A stretch of 64,000 bases of DNA. It comes from a virus. Taxonomy: Duplodnaviria > Caudoviricetes. The notes beneath the pieces are model-generated. The model worked only from the letters and a program-made list of their open reading frames with translations, searched no databases and had not been told where the DNA came from. The stretch spans positions 32,001 to 96,000 of the IMG/VR virus record IMGVR_UViG_3300030433_001574; one strand, 5' to 3'. Of this stretch, positions 22,901 to 30,096 are shown one piece after another. The translations under genes and the position numbers were made by a program. The stretch's first letter is position 1. Each line of letters starts with the position of its first letter.

Positions 22901-25900
22901 GTTGTAAAGACCTTGAAAACTGCGTCATTGTTTCCACCTGTAATTCTGACTCGCCTTTCTTGTCCACTTCTTGAGTTGCTGTAACCACTTCCACCGTTTC
23001 TGACTACAATGTTGGTAATTTGTCCAGCAGACGCTGTAATGTCTACCGTTAGCCCTGTTCCACCAGCATTGATGTCAGTCGTAGACAAGTTATTGGCTGT
23101 TGAATAACCAGTTCCGTTTTGTCGGTGAAGCAAATTTGTTCCTAAAGACTCAAGCCTTGTGACAACCCCTGAAACTGGGCTTAACATCGCATCTGAGATG
23201 TTGTTGCCGATGTTGTGAGCGTATGCACTCTCCATGAAGTTGGATTGTTGATACGCTCTGATGTATTTGTTTTGAGAAGAATAGCCGTTAGCGACATCTA
23301 TTTGCGTGATAAATGGGTTCTGAGCACCGCCGTTGTATTTGATAGCGTAGTTGCTCAAGTCAATTTCATCTGTCCCATCGGCCACGTTGATTGACGATGA
23401 CAGCCTCTCAAAGCCCAACTCAGCAGCCTTTGGTGAAGTTTGGACTTGCATATGTATGTCTTGGAAAGCGATGAACTCACGGTCATGCGCTACGTCATAC
23501 AACAACACACGAGCGTGGCCTTCTGTAGCAAGATACGGGTCAAGGTAAGCCACAGTCGGTGGATTGCTCATACCCAGTTCATCGTAGTTCAACTCAATGG
23601 TTTTATTGACGTGCTGAACAAAGTTACGAGCCGTTTCGATACAACTATCACCAATCAAGAAGTTTTCAAGAGGGATTGAATCACGAGGCTCTGTAGCCAT
23701 AAGCCCTTGACCACCATTGAATCCCTTCCAAACAAGCGCTTCGTTAAGCACACCACGACTCTTAGCAAACATACCCTGAACAGCGTGAGGGTTGTTGTAG
23801 GTCATGTTCATCCATACAGTATCACCACGACGCAAACCACCTTGAGCGTAAGGGAACAACCACGTTCTGTTTAGACAAGCCTCTTCGTCATTCTTCATCA
23901 TCGAATGACATCCAGTTCGGAGGTATACTTTTTCCGTAGAAGGCGAAGCCGCTGCTTGAGTAATCATATTGTTGAGACTGGTCTTGTTGGCAGCAGGGAC
24001 TGCTGTTTTGAGGTAAATTTTCGTATTGACGGCTGGAATTGTTACTGGATTACCTCTGATTGCCCCTTCAACGATGTATTCAACTTGACCCAACAATGTC
24101 ACAGTAGTAGGACTTCCGCTAATTTCATGTTCGGCATAAATCCAATCGTTAGGTTTGACATTCAAATAGAGTGTATTGGCTTGTAGAAGTTGAGATTTTG
24201 TCTGACTCTCAAGAGTCAGTTCCTTATCACTCCCGCTAATGCCCGCTATCTCCCACGGCGATGAATAGAATGCGGCTCTACCAGTATGCGACTTGTTTAC
24301 TGTGTTGTCCAACTTTGTGTTGTATTTGTCGCTTGAGAAGAAAACATCGTAGCCGTATTTTGTCAGCGTGGCTGTCTCACCTTTCAGTGTGTCGTTCTTG
24401 AGATAAGAAGGAACTGTGTTGTTCTCTTTGGTCATCACTATGATGCTGGACAGTGTATCAAGAGAGTCAGTAGGTGTTAGACCACCACTAACCAACGTGC
24501 TCTTGTTTTTGTTCCCTTCTCCAAAGTAGACAAATATGTTTGAGTCAATCTCCAAACTGTAGTGTGCTTGTCCCATCTCCCACTCATAATCAGCGTTGAT
24601 ACTGTTCGGTTGCCTTTCGACAGATGGGAACTTGTCTACATCTTCCTGACTCATAATGAGATGAGCAAAACCAGTATACACCGAGCCATTCATGATTGGC
24701 TCTACACTCAAGACAGTTCCTGTTGCACGACCACTTTGCACTCTTGCGGCGTGAGGATTTGATAGCGGCCCTGCCTTAAACTCGACAGCGCTTACATACT
24801 GACGCAAACCGTAGTCGATGTTACCGCCTTGCGTCTTGACACTGGCTGCGTCGTAGTAGTATTCGCTTCTGTTCTCAAAGTCAGCAGCGGCGTTGAGCGC
24901 ATCACCCTTGAGTGGCACTAAGACCTCAGAGTCGTATGCATTCCCCATGAGAAGAGGCGTGCCTATGGTGAGTTGAGAGACAAAGCCTTTCGATACATAG
25001 GATTCTTCTTTTGTAATTTCTATGTAACCATCTGTTATTGGGTCATTGGAGTAGATAGCCCACTCTCCTGAAGGAAGGAAGACTCTACGGAACAGCAAGA
25101 CGTTATCGACGTTGTAGTGATTGGTGTTGGTCGTTGTTACATCACCTGCTGGGAACATGGCTGGATTACTAACATAGATTCGATAATTGGTTGAGTTCGT
25201 CTCAAAGTTCGTGATGTTCGACTGATTGTTCCTCTCGTTAGCGAGAATACTCTTTGCATACGCTCCGTATGCGCTTCTGTCTGATGGAGGTAGGTCTTGG
25301 TATCTACGCCCTACTGGTGAAGGATTCCATGTGTGTGCGGTCATGGTAGGGTCGATGTGAAGTTTCAACGAGTTGTCAGGGCTTGGGTAACTGTTGTTTT
25401 CTCTATCAGCAAAGAACTGACCTCTGAACAAAGGTATCTCAACCAAAGCACGAGTTGAAGCAAATTGAGTCCCAAGTTGATAATCATGTGATATGTTGTC
25501 CATTGATTGGAACATTCGGTCATTGACTGTCGTGCCGTCAGACTGTAGGTTTTCAATGAAGAAGTGACCGTCTCCCATGATGATTTCACCAAGAGGAAAA
25601 TCTTGAGACTGCGTGCCAGTTAGAACATCAGCATCCTTTCGCAAACCGCTACCAACTACCCAGTCTTGGAATGTGGCAACAGCGTTACCGTTGGGTAGTA
25701 GGAAACGACGAGTAGATACGTTAGAATCAGTGAACAAGAAACACGCACCAGTCTTGCTTTGATATTCCGCATTTGCTCCGTTTTTCAGGTAAATTCTTCC
25801 TACTTTCGGAAACGGATAAGTCCCCCAACTCGCTAAATCGGGGGAGTCGTTGTTAAGAGGAGACACTTCGATAAATTGCGTTCCGTTACTGGTGCTCAAA

Positions 25901-28860
25901 TCGACCCTTACTTTAGTAGCAAGACAAGAGAACCCTCTTCGACTACTGTATGGTAAATGAGCCAGTGTGCTTCTGTCAAACGATGGCTTTGTGTCGTATG
26001 CTCCTTGACCTACACCACCCAACGTAACACTCACGACAGGTGCGTTAGGGTCTATCTCTTTGACGACATGAGAGTCAGGGCTGCCTGAGCCTAACTCGTT
26101 GATGCTTCGTGTAGCAGCGACATCAGAAAGACCAACGCAGTGAACAAGCGTAGAACGCCCGTTTTCATCTTCTACTTGTTCAATCCCTCGCAACTTTGAG
26201 CGACCCATTAAGAACATGACAGTGGCTATGTTGCTGGAGTTAGGTCTGTCTTTTGTGGAATAGACGTATTGCAACTGATTTGTGCGTGTTCTGTCTGAGG
26301 GCTGGACAAAGAAACGATGTGTGATACCTACACTACCCTTAACTTCTACATTGTCGATAATGTCGAATATCTCGTGAATAGGAGAGGCTGAAGAGGTCAC
26401 ACCTATGTCAAACTGACCAGCGCTTGGACTGCTGTGAACTGTATGCGGTGTCATACGGTTGAACTCAGAAGACACAGTAAGAGAGCCGCTATCCGCTACT
26501 CTTTCAATCAGTATGCGATGGAATACAGAATCATGCTGGGCTTTGGTCGTATGCGATGCTGTCAGATTCTGAGGTGTTGTGTTACCGACAGTTCCCGCTG
26601 CTGTAAAATTAGCAGGTGTGCGTCGTTCATCCAACTCAACATCGGCCTCAAAACCCTCGCTGATGTCACCTACCAATGAGTGACTGAAATTGACTGAGCC
26701 TAAGTTTCCTTCTTTTGATTTACCAACGTCAATATAGCCACCAGCGGCGTAAAGCGTAGCGTTACCAGCAGCGACATCGGTTGCTATGTCATCATAGACA
26801 TACACACCGCTGGCAACTTCGTAGTTTGATGCTGGGACTGTTTTTTCAACCATGAGCATCGGTGCTGTCTTACTCATCGAAGCCCCTGTAAAATCAATAG
26901 CATTGTAGTGAACCTCAACATACGGCGCAAGCCCACGACTGGCGAGGGTAGGAACTTCCAGTAGGGCTACACGGCTGTCTCTCGATGGGTGTAAGTGAAA
27001 TTTACGAACATTATCGTCAATGTTGTTTATGTCTTGAGGCACTGGCCCTTTCAAAGCAAACGGTAGTGGGTCAAAGTCATTGTCGGTAGCACTCGCACCC
27101 CCCAACGCTATGAGCGTCCTATTTGCTCCGCTTAGTCCGTTGGAGACAATCTCATGAACAGTGCTGTTATTGACAACTCTTAGGATTTCAAACGCTGCTG
27201 TGTCTTTGTAGTAATCAACTTGAGAGTTGATAGGAAACATCGAATCAATACCTTTTGAAGCAGCATCGTATGTCAGTGTAAGAATGTCAGAATTACCAGC
27301 CTGTTGGTCAAGCGTTTCTTCATTGGCACGAGGCATGAGCCTGAGATACGGATGACCTTCAACGTGATTGAGTGTATGACGACCTGAGTGTCCTATCTGA
27401 AAACTCTCATCCAAATCGGTAGGCCAAGCCACTGCAAACGGGTTGTCTGTATCGACAGCAGTTGTAGACATACGGCTGGAATATACCATAGCGTGTTGCT
27501 CGTATAGCCCTTCATCAATCAACATCTGACCTGCTCTGTCAATCAATTGTGTAGAAAGATGAGGTGGTTGATACGGGCGACCTGTGCCGTTTTCGATGAG
27601 GCAATCGGCTGAGATAACAACAAATGAGTTTGCTCCATTAGCCGATGTGTGTGTTGAATGAAGAATGGGTCGCAGTCCATCGGTGTTGGTTGTTGTCTTG
27701 AAATCCAAGTGAATACTTGATACTAACAATCGACCTGATGAAATGTTGATGCGGTGCAAACGCACACGCTCAGGTGGTTTACCGTTTGGCTTCTTTGAGT
27801 CTTGGTTGATTGAGCCGGGATTGATGAGAAGATTGTAAGGAACGTGAGGCACGAGATGGTTGGTAGTCGTGCCGGGTGTGCTGTATCTGTCGATAACAGA
27901 GTAATTACCAGTTGAGTATGGGGAGACTGTAAAATCAACATAGGTGTCTGTAATTGTTTTACCAGTCAAAGCGTTAGCCAAAGATTGAGCATCAGCGGAA
28001 GAGATTGGTATTGAAGAAAGATGAGTTTCTGCTGAGGCTAATCCATCGTCATTGTAAGATGTTTCAATCACATCAGTTATGGTGTAAACACCACTTAGAG
28101 GTGAGATAGGCTCTTCAAATCTATACAACGATACAGTCTTATCACCAACCATTGATGGGTTACGAGTTATCATCTCGTTGTTAAACGATGAGGAGACGTG
28201 AATGCCTTCAATCACACCTCTAAACTCACCACCCTTACCACCAATGTAAACGTGTGAGTTCTTTGGTCTTAAGGCAGCATCGAGAGGAATTATTTGTTGG
28301 GCTACCAAATCCCCATTGACGTAAACTTCAGCCTTACCTCTATTGATACAAGCAACAAGATGGTAGAGTGGTCTTTGATTTTGACTTAGTGATGTTGCTT
28401 TATCCTTAGCACTATCAAAGCGGTTGTAAGAATCATCAAGCCCACCAAATGTAGTCACTGGGTAGACTTGTCCATCATACCCATTTGTCTCAGGCTGAGC
28501 GCTGCGAAGAAAAACCTTCATCGCACCTGTAGAGGCAGAGGTGAGATTGGCTTCAAACTCAACTGGGCCGGGTGTATCAACCGTTCCCATGCTAAGACGA
28601 AACTGACCTTCTTTCATGAGAATCACGCCACCACAATCAGGAACGACCCATGCTTCAATAGCCAAGCCATCACCTAACAAATCAGCAACCATACCTCTTC
28701 CCGTTGCGTGAGATACAATCGACGCTGAACTTCTACGGGTAATATCAGTTTCTTTGTCGTAGTCTTCTCCTACCCTACTGAAGTTGCCCTGTGGAATAAT
28801 GACGCTATCGCTCACGCCATCAAAGAACAAAGCGTGATTAGACTGAAGCATGATTGGCAC
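10930..28860 (-). CDS. Giant 5976-aa tail-associated protein with an N-terminal LamG/ConA-like domain
   Basis: Uninterrupted 17.9 kb ORF with GAGGTGA SD; ALFFDG..D, IEAWV, VYVNG, YIGG, FRGVI, LYRFEE LamG motifs; lies between the post-TMP gene and the hub. Confidence 0.8.
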   Translation of the reverse strand: MPIMLQSNHALFFDGVSDSVIIPQGNFSRVGEDYDKETDITRRSSASIVSHATGRGMVADLLGDGLAIEAWVVPDCGGVILMKEGQFRLSMGTVDTPGPVEFEANLTSASTGAMKVFLRSAQPETNGYDGQVYPVTTFGGLDDSYNRFDSAKDKATSLSQNQRPLYHLVACINRGKAEVYVNGDLVAQQIIPLDAALRPKNSHVYIGGKGGEFRGVIEGIHVSSSFNNEMITRNPSMVGDKTVSLYRFEEPISPLSGVYTITDVIETSYNDDGLASAETHLSSIPISSADAQSLANALTGKTITDTYVDFTVSPYSTGNYSVIDRYSTPGTTTNHLVPHVPYNLLINPGSINQDSKKPNGKPPERVRLHRINISSGRLLVSSIHLDFKTTTNTDGLRPILHSTHTSANGANSFVVISADCLIENGTGRPYQPPHLSTQLIDRAGQMLIDEGLYEQHAMVYSSRMSTTAVDTDNPFAVAWPTDLDESFQIGHSGRHTLNHVEGHPYLRLMPRANEETLDQQAGNSDILTLTYDAASKGIDSMFPINSQVDYYKDTAAFEILRVVNNSTVHEIVSNGLSGANRTLIALGGASATDNDFDPLPFALKGPVPQDINNIDDNVRKFHLHPSRDSRVALLEVPTLASRGLAPYVEVHYNAIDFTGASMSKTAPMLMVEKTVPASNYEVASGVYVYDDIATDVAAGNATLYAAGGYIDVGKSKEGNLGSVNFSHSLVGDISEGFEADVELDERRTPANFTAAGTVGNTTPQNLTASHTTKAQHDSVFHRILIERVADSGSLTVSSEFNRMTPHTVHSSPSAGQFDIGVTSSASPIHEIFDIIDNVEVKGSVGITHRFFVQPSDRTRTNQLQYVYSTKDRPNSSNIATVMFLMGRSKLRGIEQVEDENGRSTLVHCVGLSDVAATRSINELGSGSPDSHVVKEIDPNAPVVSVTLGGVGQGAYDTKPSFDRSTLAHLPYSSRRGFSCLATKVRVDLSTSNGTQFIEVSPLNNDSPDLASWGTYPFPKVGRIYLKNGANAEYQSKTGACFLFTDSNVSTRRFLLPNGNAVATFQDWVVGSGLRKDADVLTGTQSQDFPLGEIIMGDGHFFIENLQSDGTTVNDRMFQSMDNISHDYQLGTQFASTRALVEIPLFRGQFFADRENNSYPSPDNSLKLHIDPTMTAHTWNPSPVGRRYQDLPPSDRSAYGAYAKSILANERNNQSNITNFETNSTNYRIYVSNPAMFPAGDVTTTNTNHYNVDNVLLFRRVFLPSGEWAIYSNDPITDGYIEITKEESYVSKGFVSQLTIGTPLLMGNAYDSEVLVPLKGDALNAAADFENRSEYYYDAASVKTQGGNIDYGLRQYVSAVEFKAGPLSNPHAARVQSGRATGTVLSVEPIMNGSVYTGFAHLIMSQEDVDKFPSVERQPNSINADYEWEMGQAHYSLEIDSNIFVYFGEGNKNKSTLVSGGLTPTDSLDTLSSIIVMTKENNTVPSYLKNDTLKGETATLTKYGYDVFFSSDKYNTKLDNTVNKSHTGRAAFYSSPWEIAGISGSDKELTLESQTKSQLLQANTLYLNVKPNDWIYAEHEISGSPTTVTLLGQVEYIVEGAIRGNPVTIPAVNTKIYLKTAVPAANKTSLNNMITQAAASPSTEKVYLRTGCHSMMKNDEEACLNRTWLFPYAQGGLRRGDTVWMNMTYNNPHAVQGMFAKSRGVLNEALVWKGFNGGQGLMATEPRDSIPLENFLIGDSCIETARNFVQHVNKTIELNYDELGMSNPPTVAYLDPYLATEGHARVLLYDVAHDREFIAFQDIHMQVQTSPKAAELGFERLSSSINVADGTDEIDLSNYAIKYNGGAQNPFITQIDVANGYSSQNKYIRAYQQSNFMESAYAHNIGNNISDAMLSPVSGVVTRLESLGTNLLHRQNGTGYSTANNLSTTDINAGGTGLTVDITASAGQITNIVVRNGGSGYSNSRSGQERRVRITGGNNDAVFKVFTTTSGIVNALTSMTQAALYGKAHGHFIHTGYHTGGPLAKKRTLGDSITSRTNNAVAIPYHANKEHNKTRKLFSSNDVLIKALMQHRISKGKTLTLKAGGSGYNNGTFYNVKTTTDGQGSGMTVDVTIASNAVVTATVNRHGDSLYEEGDTIFIGDRSLYILPTGTANVSGNEDGSFTLFMNRRNEETSTLFDTPDGTRVIPAFLALKGIRSEALDLSNMTTETRLQHLPQWTQMDFTRRMTIDLGEVAVRDGITSVEAAATEVVRMINQAAAKKGRTHSNNTNKQYPVKVVGEADFATTGSTHDPVVWWDEDKAFESHDKGTHMGYIRAHLGRVVRDVDGNEEGFSIIIHSTVPGATGRNFAVWLDNSKGQVPYKPEFMIGHGGRFRTFWCMPDELSGENMHPAPMPLNKHGRPFAPITSLRQYTQPDESMQAVVPKGEFSNNHDETTTPRLRAVSAHSGSGQNHNTLNTESLEIEGFNTSFTEGLRVGTNAVARINFGGLVSAGVPGFAPDAGKWGFGRKGDERFANDYGKLTKVVDTEPATTYTGHVPTAQVFPDSIGDSPIYGLRLQDHRGVEHGIRYIYKNMGEKFALDNTLLPKTLENEIVVYFNHKDCSQGGFTIGKHMHGISDPTGRFPATPSNAGLANWRGNLWRGAPAPNASYNTDVVYNTTDKTITVTLYAPYDDCPHHDVLGYMGFPAENGVIHLSDPYNDASLTGNWGNMFAYTHRTRNDKTGTHVFHGVTGDTYISRHKIHTHSNTAPTLTLGDFVVGEETDGISALITPVANWTTLVTDELMAAVTAAAINLTDPNEETTFDCTNMYAADGRTFGEWGITDESIKIKAYNTKGNIEPISDFFTASLSQDVGIRASHIEYGEVESLKINNDGVTVTGDATRPVGDGLIAKGRSLNCGYIPSTIIQITTKGRGHNANTATPNIVDSQNNPINTSTWRKNLIGENFIESSGDLILPNLDNPTLKMTNVHSASMMALHGDNEMWHFAKPAGYEASVNHVEQGQTQDYARVDSFGTKTPISYGTHTAVTESQNVNSGGYVSEKTFSQLLDSNLRSGDWPSSNPSGTLVVQKYADLRAYLFAGKRSLGSVHSLPIIHFTGARDGPDNYVPLFFGGGFSGAVVDINDGTQNDYSEHNTHPYANGPTGSAGIQNANEILSSFSTLDCNAIMAFFPATALLKQHRGSINPPVYNKDNILSPDIKRGAQSVSNIHPNAAPYTAGVHMQVPSPMVLRFAHPTARYNDHRDSVDNKTTYIIFGPGQAFPLCQEKASPDNAFEPHPGEAVSTGNAWSKVPNMSSGAGGRAFLPNHIQNSTGEYMPERAATQLAKHRFHYRQVLNWESPLGIPDTVFLRERPENGRNYGNSFTANAFDHYSTASNFTDDVAKAYAVAQPSRHAMFYAGGMVKNADLCWHMDNGNHPGGSWMDNQITMNPPLQGAATRISLNTNVSRINKTAFRVAGVLATKMLHSNDNSGSPGFSTDTLTASDVDHEYIVVDATRCQNGEELACVLGAAINTFPGKGALKAIGGTFMPSMGNATRQDRYGWIESISKAIPSGVYGNGTVGGVTANSDVTDYGYSNNTVSVAPMVRSGTATSTFTANVTSGVAAIAVTGTFPALIQAGQSVSGTGIQANSVVASFNSTANTVTINPAPNATNTGVTITFTRNTLGNTATGGASLKNGDCFIDVEITGAATGNEESVANRVPASGWLRTEANHDYGASVSSSVKSSAWASYHSRAFYRDGSAVDSPLRCRFFLSHNKVTGLKAFEDGEAWRIYANTSVAFNSGGGSNVSGVTLPHPAPSVGTKIWIWSKSATIGVDNSAGSRFSNYGIGAPHFSGIADAIDRTKPVGAVGWHGERYSYLNTLSVDGGFSAGLGAWHSMLGFSPYGGSSSCANMLGHLPHTTPLPNSPESMPPTDIPGGSLSNFPSDGDTEADSVSYSTDDTVGFGTYIMGWTDGAQFNNPPVMRDMPEIQKELIHAQGTYSRALLVVAHEGELSLVARKDRDNHTSTGDYLLAGGTTQWDERFHHSDRFVAPANAGPNVEALIADNTAPPTISDYTTSTVLDGAPFNAQVYLHPSLSADSSLSNAEPCRAETGDLFFDIDKNVGIVNHELNIGERNLATDFITSTNTPSNNMVSTSHDVQSGIFWAGDVNAYDVLKRSPHKNFSTEHIVWKRMDGGTVTMPASNARGLGAVPWITRVVGGNAHTMGEKLYGNIRFSFETTNSAMMPVLQAQEIAHPTLAKEHPIALGGVLEIPNEEIQFEDITVVDDTGQVHTLEGGSPLGIVIRAYKPASTRLASGLQPVPANSGIPPNFEIQLPDPESIPGNILVRSGFDPIQAYQTETFGDGGMIHPDLGASHIGHLFDNVVKSPRKGPTMNEVGWEHISQDENFPESTRDGWVAATGNNTLRSSYEQQDRALYFHITKMGHSHTEKFPTTYTHTAGVVNQALTVDSYTSTSITASAAINENIFSTGFGTQEVADNRRFIRISNAAGESVIASYKSISSDVFNDLVGDIDFTQFMADNFAVGALTITPSYYVPAGSARIFAARRLRDHAEVSGNSPDMAHTLYFDGDAQTTIHSRYSKPQLTPMPIPRMGHHFVNATMPMMPGHWAHPAYQGLYEKANSDKLASLPDEDYTTLADNLVEVDGTTNNQTSIPTAVTDRIFPLNPALRVGSLTANPSGPSDIHGGAFTLMFETKIKYDGYGILASKGTAGDMNKAGGHSIVLEAGGNYTQANHFPDPAEVGAYQIVIQPNLRSQQVTGFHRNNADATGLPTAGTELSGLTSQQVNLVIGIKYDEERHSSLTNSANIGGVTLILAEATLADVRGCEIFLNEVILDHDPDHGSQLANIPPMLLYNPLGVQGSESPSFTRRGHPYHPTTPEIEFKDATPGFTTNIPWWSIMHQGTPSDASAVGFRHLALYRIDNYYQFCRASYGAVAAQLTLAGYPSIYPDIYSKIMENVSLAPTCKVVGAHSSATAIQVDDASLFPEKPYYGQKLQYIDPSTGKTVSFSYTTRQGLSHSSATMNEPDVFHLPTGITIADGTKLTLSKPYSTKSVNDIFNNDSESVLTKNLGQLLTGTRDTNSLFLTDAYLCAWSPNLGRPHTFYSDASRTWITNGVNHTSDRAVNNAAYNSMPQHFETIHYQDVNYAASHGPLTLRMKTPVPPKPLTGTVSSVATTTVSVITMTDTVTGVSNGDVLFAKGRVLGRVNGTSGADITLYTKIFESNLVSGDKVYLDGDGEVLSGSGINAISGLSSQSGTFMLSNYWPCGSRGGPLVSRLDGYAAAAAAWHLPQSYAHNGGIHWEDDDDDGSYAVANGVSTGSLSALRTYPFGYRFGLRQAWNRPQWGHYGMRAFQEQATHSGASNLAVGYKAGPLIEYESISSNGWLYAGGDSTQSNTDLPTTYVGILERSTTAAGMLNADKYEWQVRYSDGRRMTRGFGCALRTLRNSSTVIRDWWGDSAGMGLLYYKDAVSYYLIDWWGNTRGEDVRRFPVRSFGINPSWDAGDAYEYDRTNNRTPFERVWNNGKPIFNLKGIVDFSNGNVLSSPTATIPRFGGRKNTGNNNTDTTLVDVFAPTNALRVGDMGNGRGVRFPTQFNEDRLVELSAVYQNSGVVLSSNTAEPTFGQGLIRPRNDALQPSEIVRGISARLEVDEDGLLKPEATVSDKVESISGTSVHKDAVSRSSPRIGIDGDTIESLTGSNANMVAINSEAHSLHTNRGVGQRVVLHGGMQSGSQTLGDYDLTSLSFAAQPHGGVMRFSHTSNFKPMGGTYILEARSFASPFDDTGWGRSGMSGTKTSNPYQTTSSVASQTNMTDDAVQFMLRPIRLLDNQHIAVFRPALALHSGSKQNGSTAFTATAGGKYGLFTYSTPNGRASSGSYMRATNPDTSAPYQPVYLVESSSDTVPVSKGPKLPGTEVTGFDKTTLKSTVTRLIISENTLQHFKSDAPRRTGESKDYTVKPRFSQSLHSKGHKEDVSFNTSDHSGDA

Positions 28861-28869
28861 GTTGTCACC

Positions 28870-30096
28870 TCAGATAATCATGTCAATCGGAGCAAAGACC
28901 ATTTGATATGTGTAGTGCTGTTCTCCAGCGTTGTAACCCACATCGAATTTTTGTATTGTGCCTTGAATACCAGTTGTTTCATCAATAGTGCTAAATTCTT
29001 GATTAGCGCTGAAATCGTTGTTGTCAGAAATTTTATCGTTTGTGCTTTGAAAAAGACCAGTGCGAATCAAAAAGTTACGCACACTGTATTTTTTACCACC
29101 TTCAGCAGTAATCATTGAGTTGTAAGGTATCTGTAGACCGATGGGGTAGTCTCCGTTGAAAATTGTTTGAAGCCCACCTGTGGCCGCCACAGCGCCAGCA
29201 GCGGCGAGTGCTACCCCTCCTGATGCTATAGCCACTGTTGCACCAACGATTAAAGCGGCAGTGCCTCTATCTGTATTGTGTAAGATACCATACAAGTCTT
29301 GCACTTTATCTCCAGCCGATTTGTTATTGATGTCCGTAGCACTTGTGCCTCCGCTAAACGGCCTATGATATGGAGCATAGTCTCCTGAAGTGCGGAACAA
29401 TACTGAATCATTGGAGGTCATCTTTCCTGTTGTGCCTTGCGTGAGCGTAAGTTTTGAACTACCAGCAGCGGGTGCAAATTCAGATGTCGATACAGAGCCA
29501 GTGATTGTTGAATTAAGATGGCTACCGCCCAATGCTGTAATGACTGACTGGGCTATGACTGCTGGAGGAGTGAGTGTGGTGTGCGTGTAAATTTTTGTTC
29601 CTGAAGGAGAGCCGCTTGATGAGACATTCGATACACCGGGATTAGAAAAATCACCACTACCCGCTATGAACAAAATCTCCAATTCTGTTCCATCTTTTTG
29701 CGTCAAGGTTAATTCACGAAGATTATCGTAAAAAACTCGGTCTGCTACTTGAGTAAACTGCCCCACCGTATCAACTTGAGACTGGTCTACAGCAAAATCA
29801 ATGACAGATACAGCGGCTGTGGCGGCTGATGAGCGTCGGTTTACATCGTCATCGGTAAAAATACCTTCAATAACAATAGTAGAATTGACCATATTCAGGT
29901 CAATACCCATACGTTTTCCCCCGAAAAGAGGAATAGGCATACCACCCACTTTTCGCTCTACACTGAGAGCAATAGAAAGAGCCTGAAGTTCCATAGGAGG
30001 AAAAGGTGCTACATCAGCACCCAATTCACCAAGCAAATCCATACCTAACCCACCGTCAAAGTGGAGGCGAATTGGTGTGCCGTAGCCGTCGCTCAT
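28870..30096 (-). CDS. Distal tail (Dit-like) protein with insertion
   Basis: Directly follows the TMP; beta-rich termini flank a G/S/T-rich insert and an Ala/Gly hydrophobic stretch. Confidence 0.5.
   Translation of the reverse strand: MSDGYGTPIRLHFDGGLGMDLLGELGADVAPFPPMELQALSIALSVERKVGGMPIPLFGGKRMGIDLNMVNSTIVIEGIFTDDDVNRRSSAATAAVSVIDFAVDQSQVDTVGQFTQVADRVFYDNLRELTLTQKDGTELEILFIAGSGDFSNPGVSNVSSSGSPSGTKIYTHTTLTPPAVIAQSVITALGGSHLNSTITGSVSTSEFAPAAGSSKLTLTQGTTGKMTSNDSVLFRTSGDYAPYHRPFSGGTSATDINNKSAGDKVQDLYGILHNTDRGTAALIVGATVAIASGGVALAAAGAVAATGGLQTIFNGDYPIGLQIPYNSMITAEGGKKYSVRNFLIRTGLFQSTNDKISDNNDFSANQEFSTIDETTGIQGTIQKFDVGYNAGEQHYTYQMVFAPIDMII

Noticed and set aside
10930-28860. Many short antisense or alternate-frame ORFs within the giant gene and other long genes
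   Set aside because: They are shadow ORFs with no SD, motifs or operon coupling
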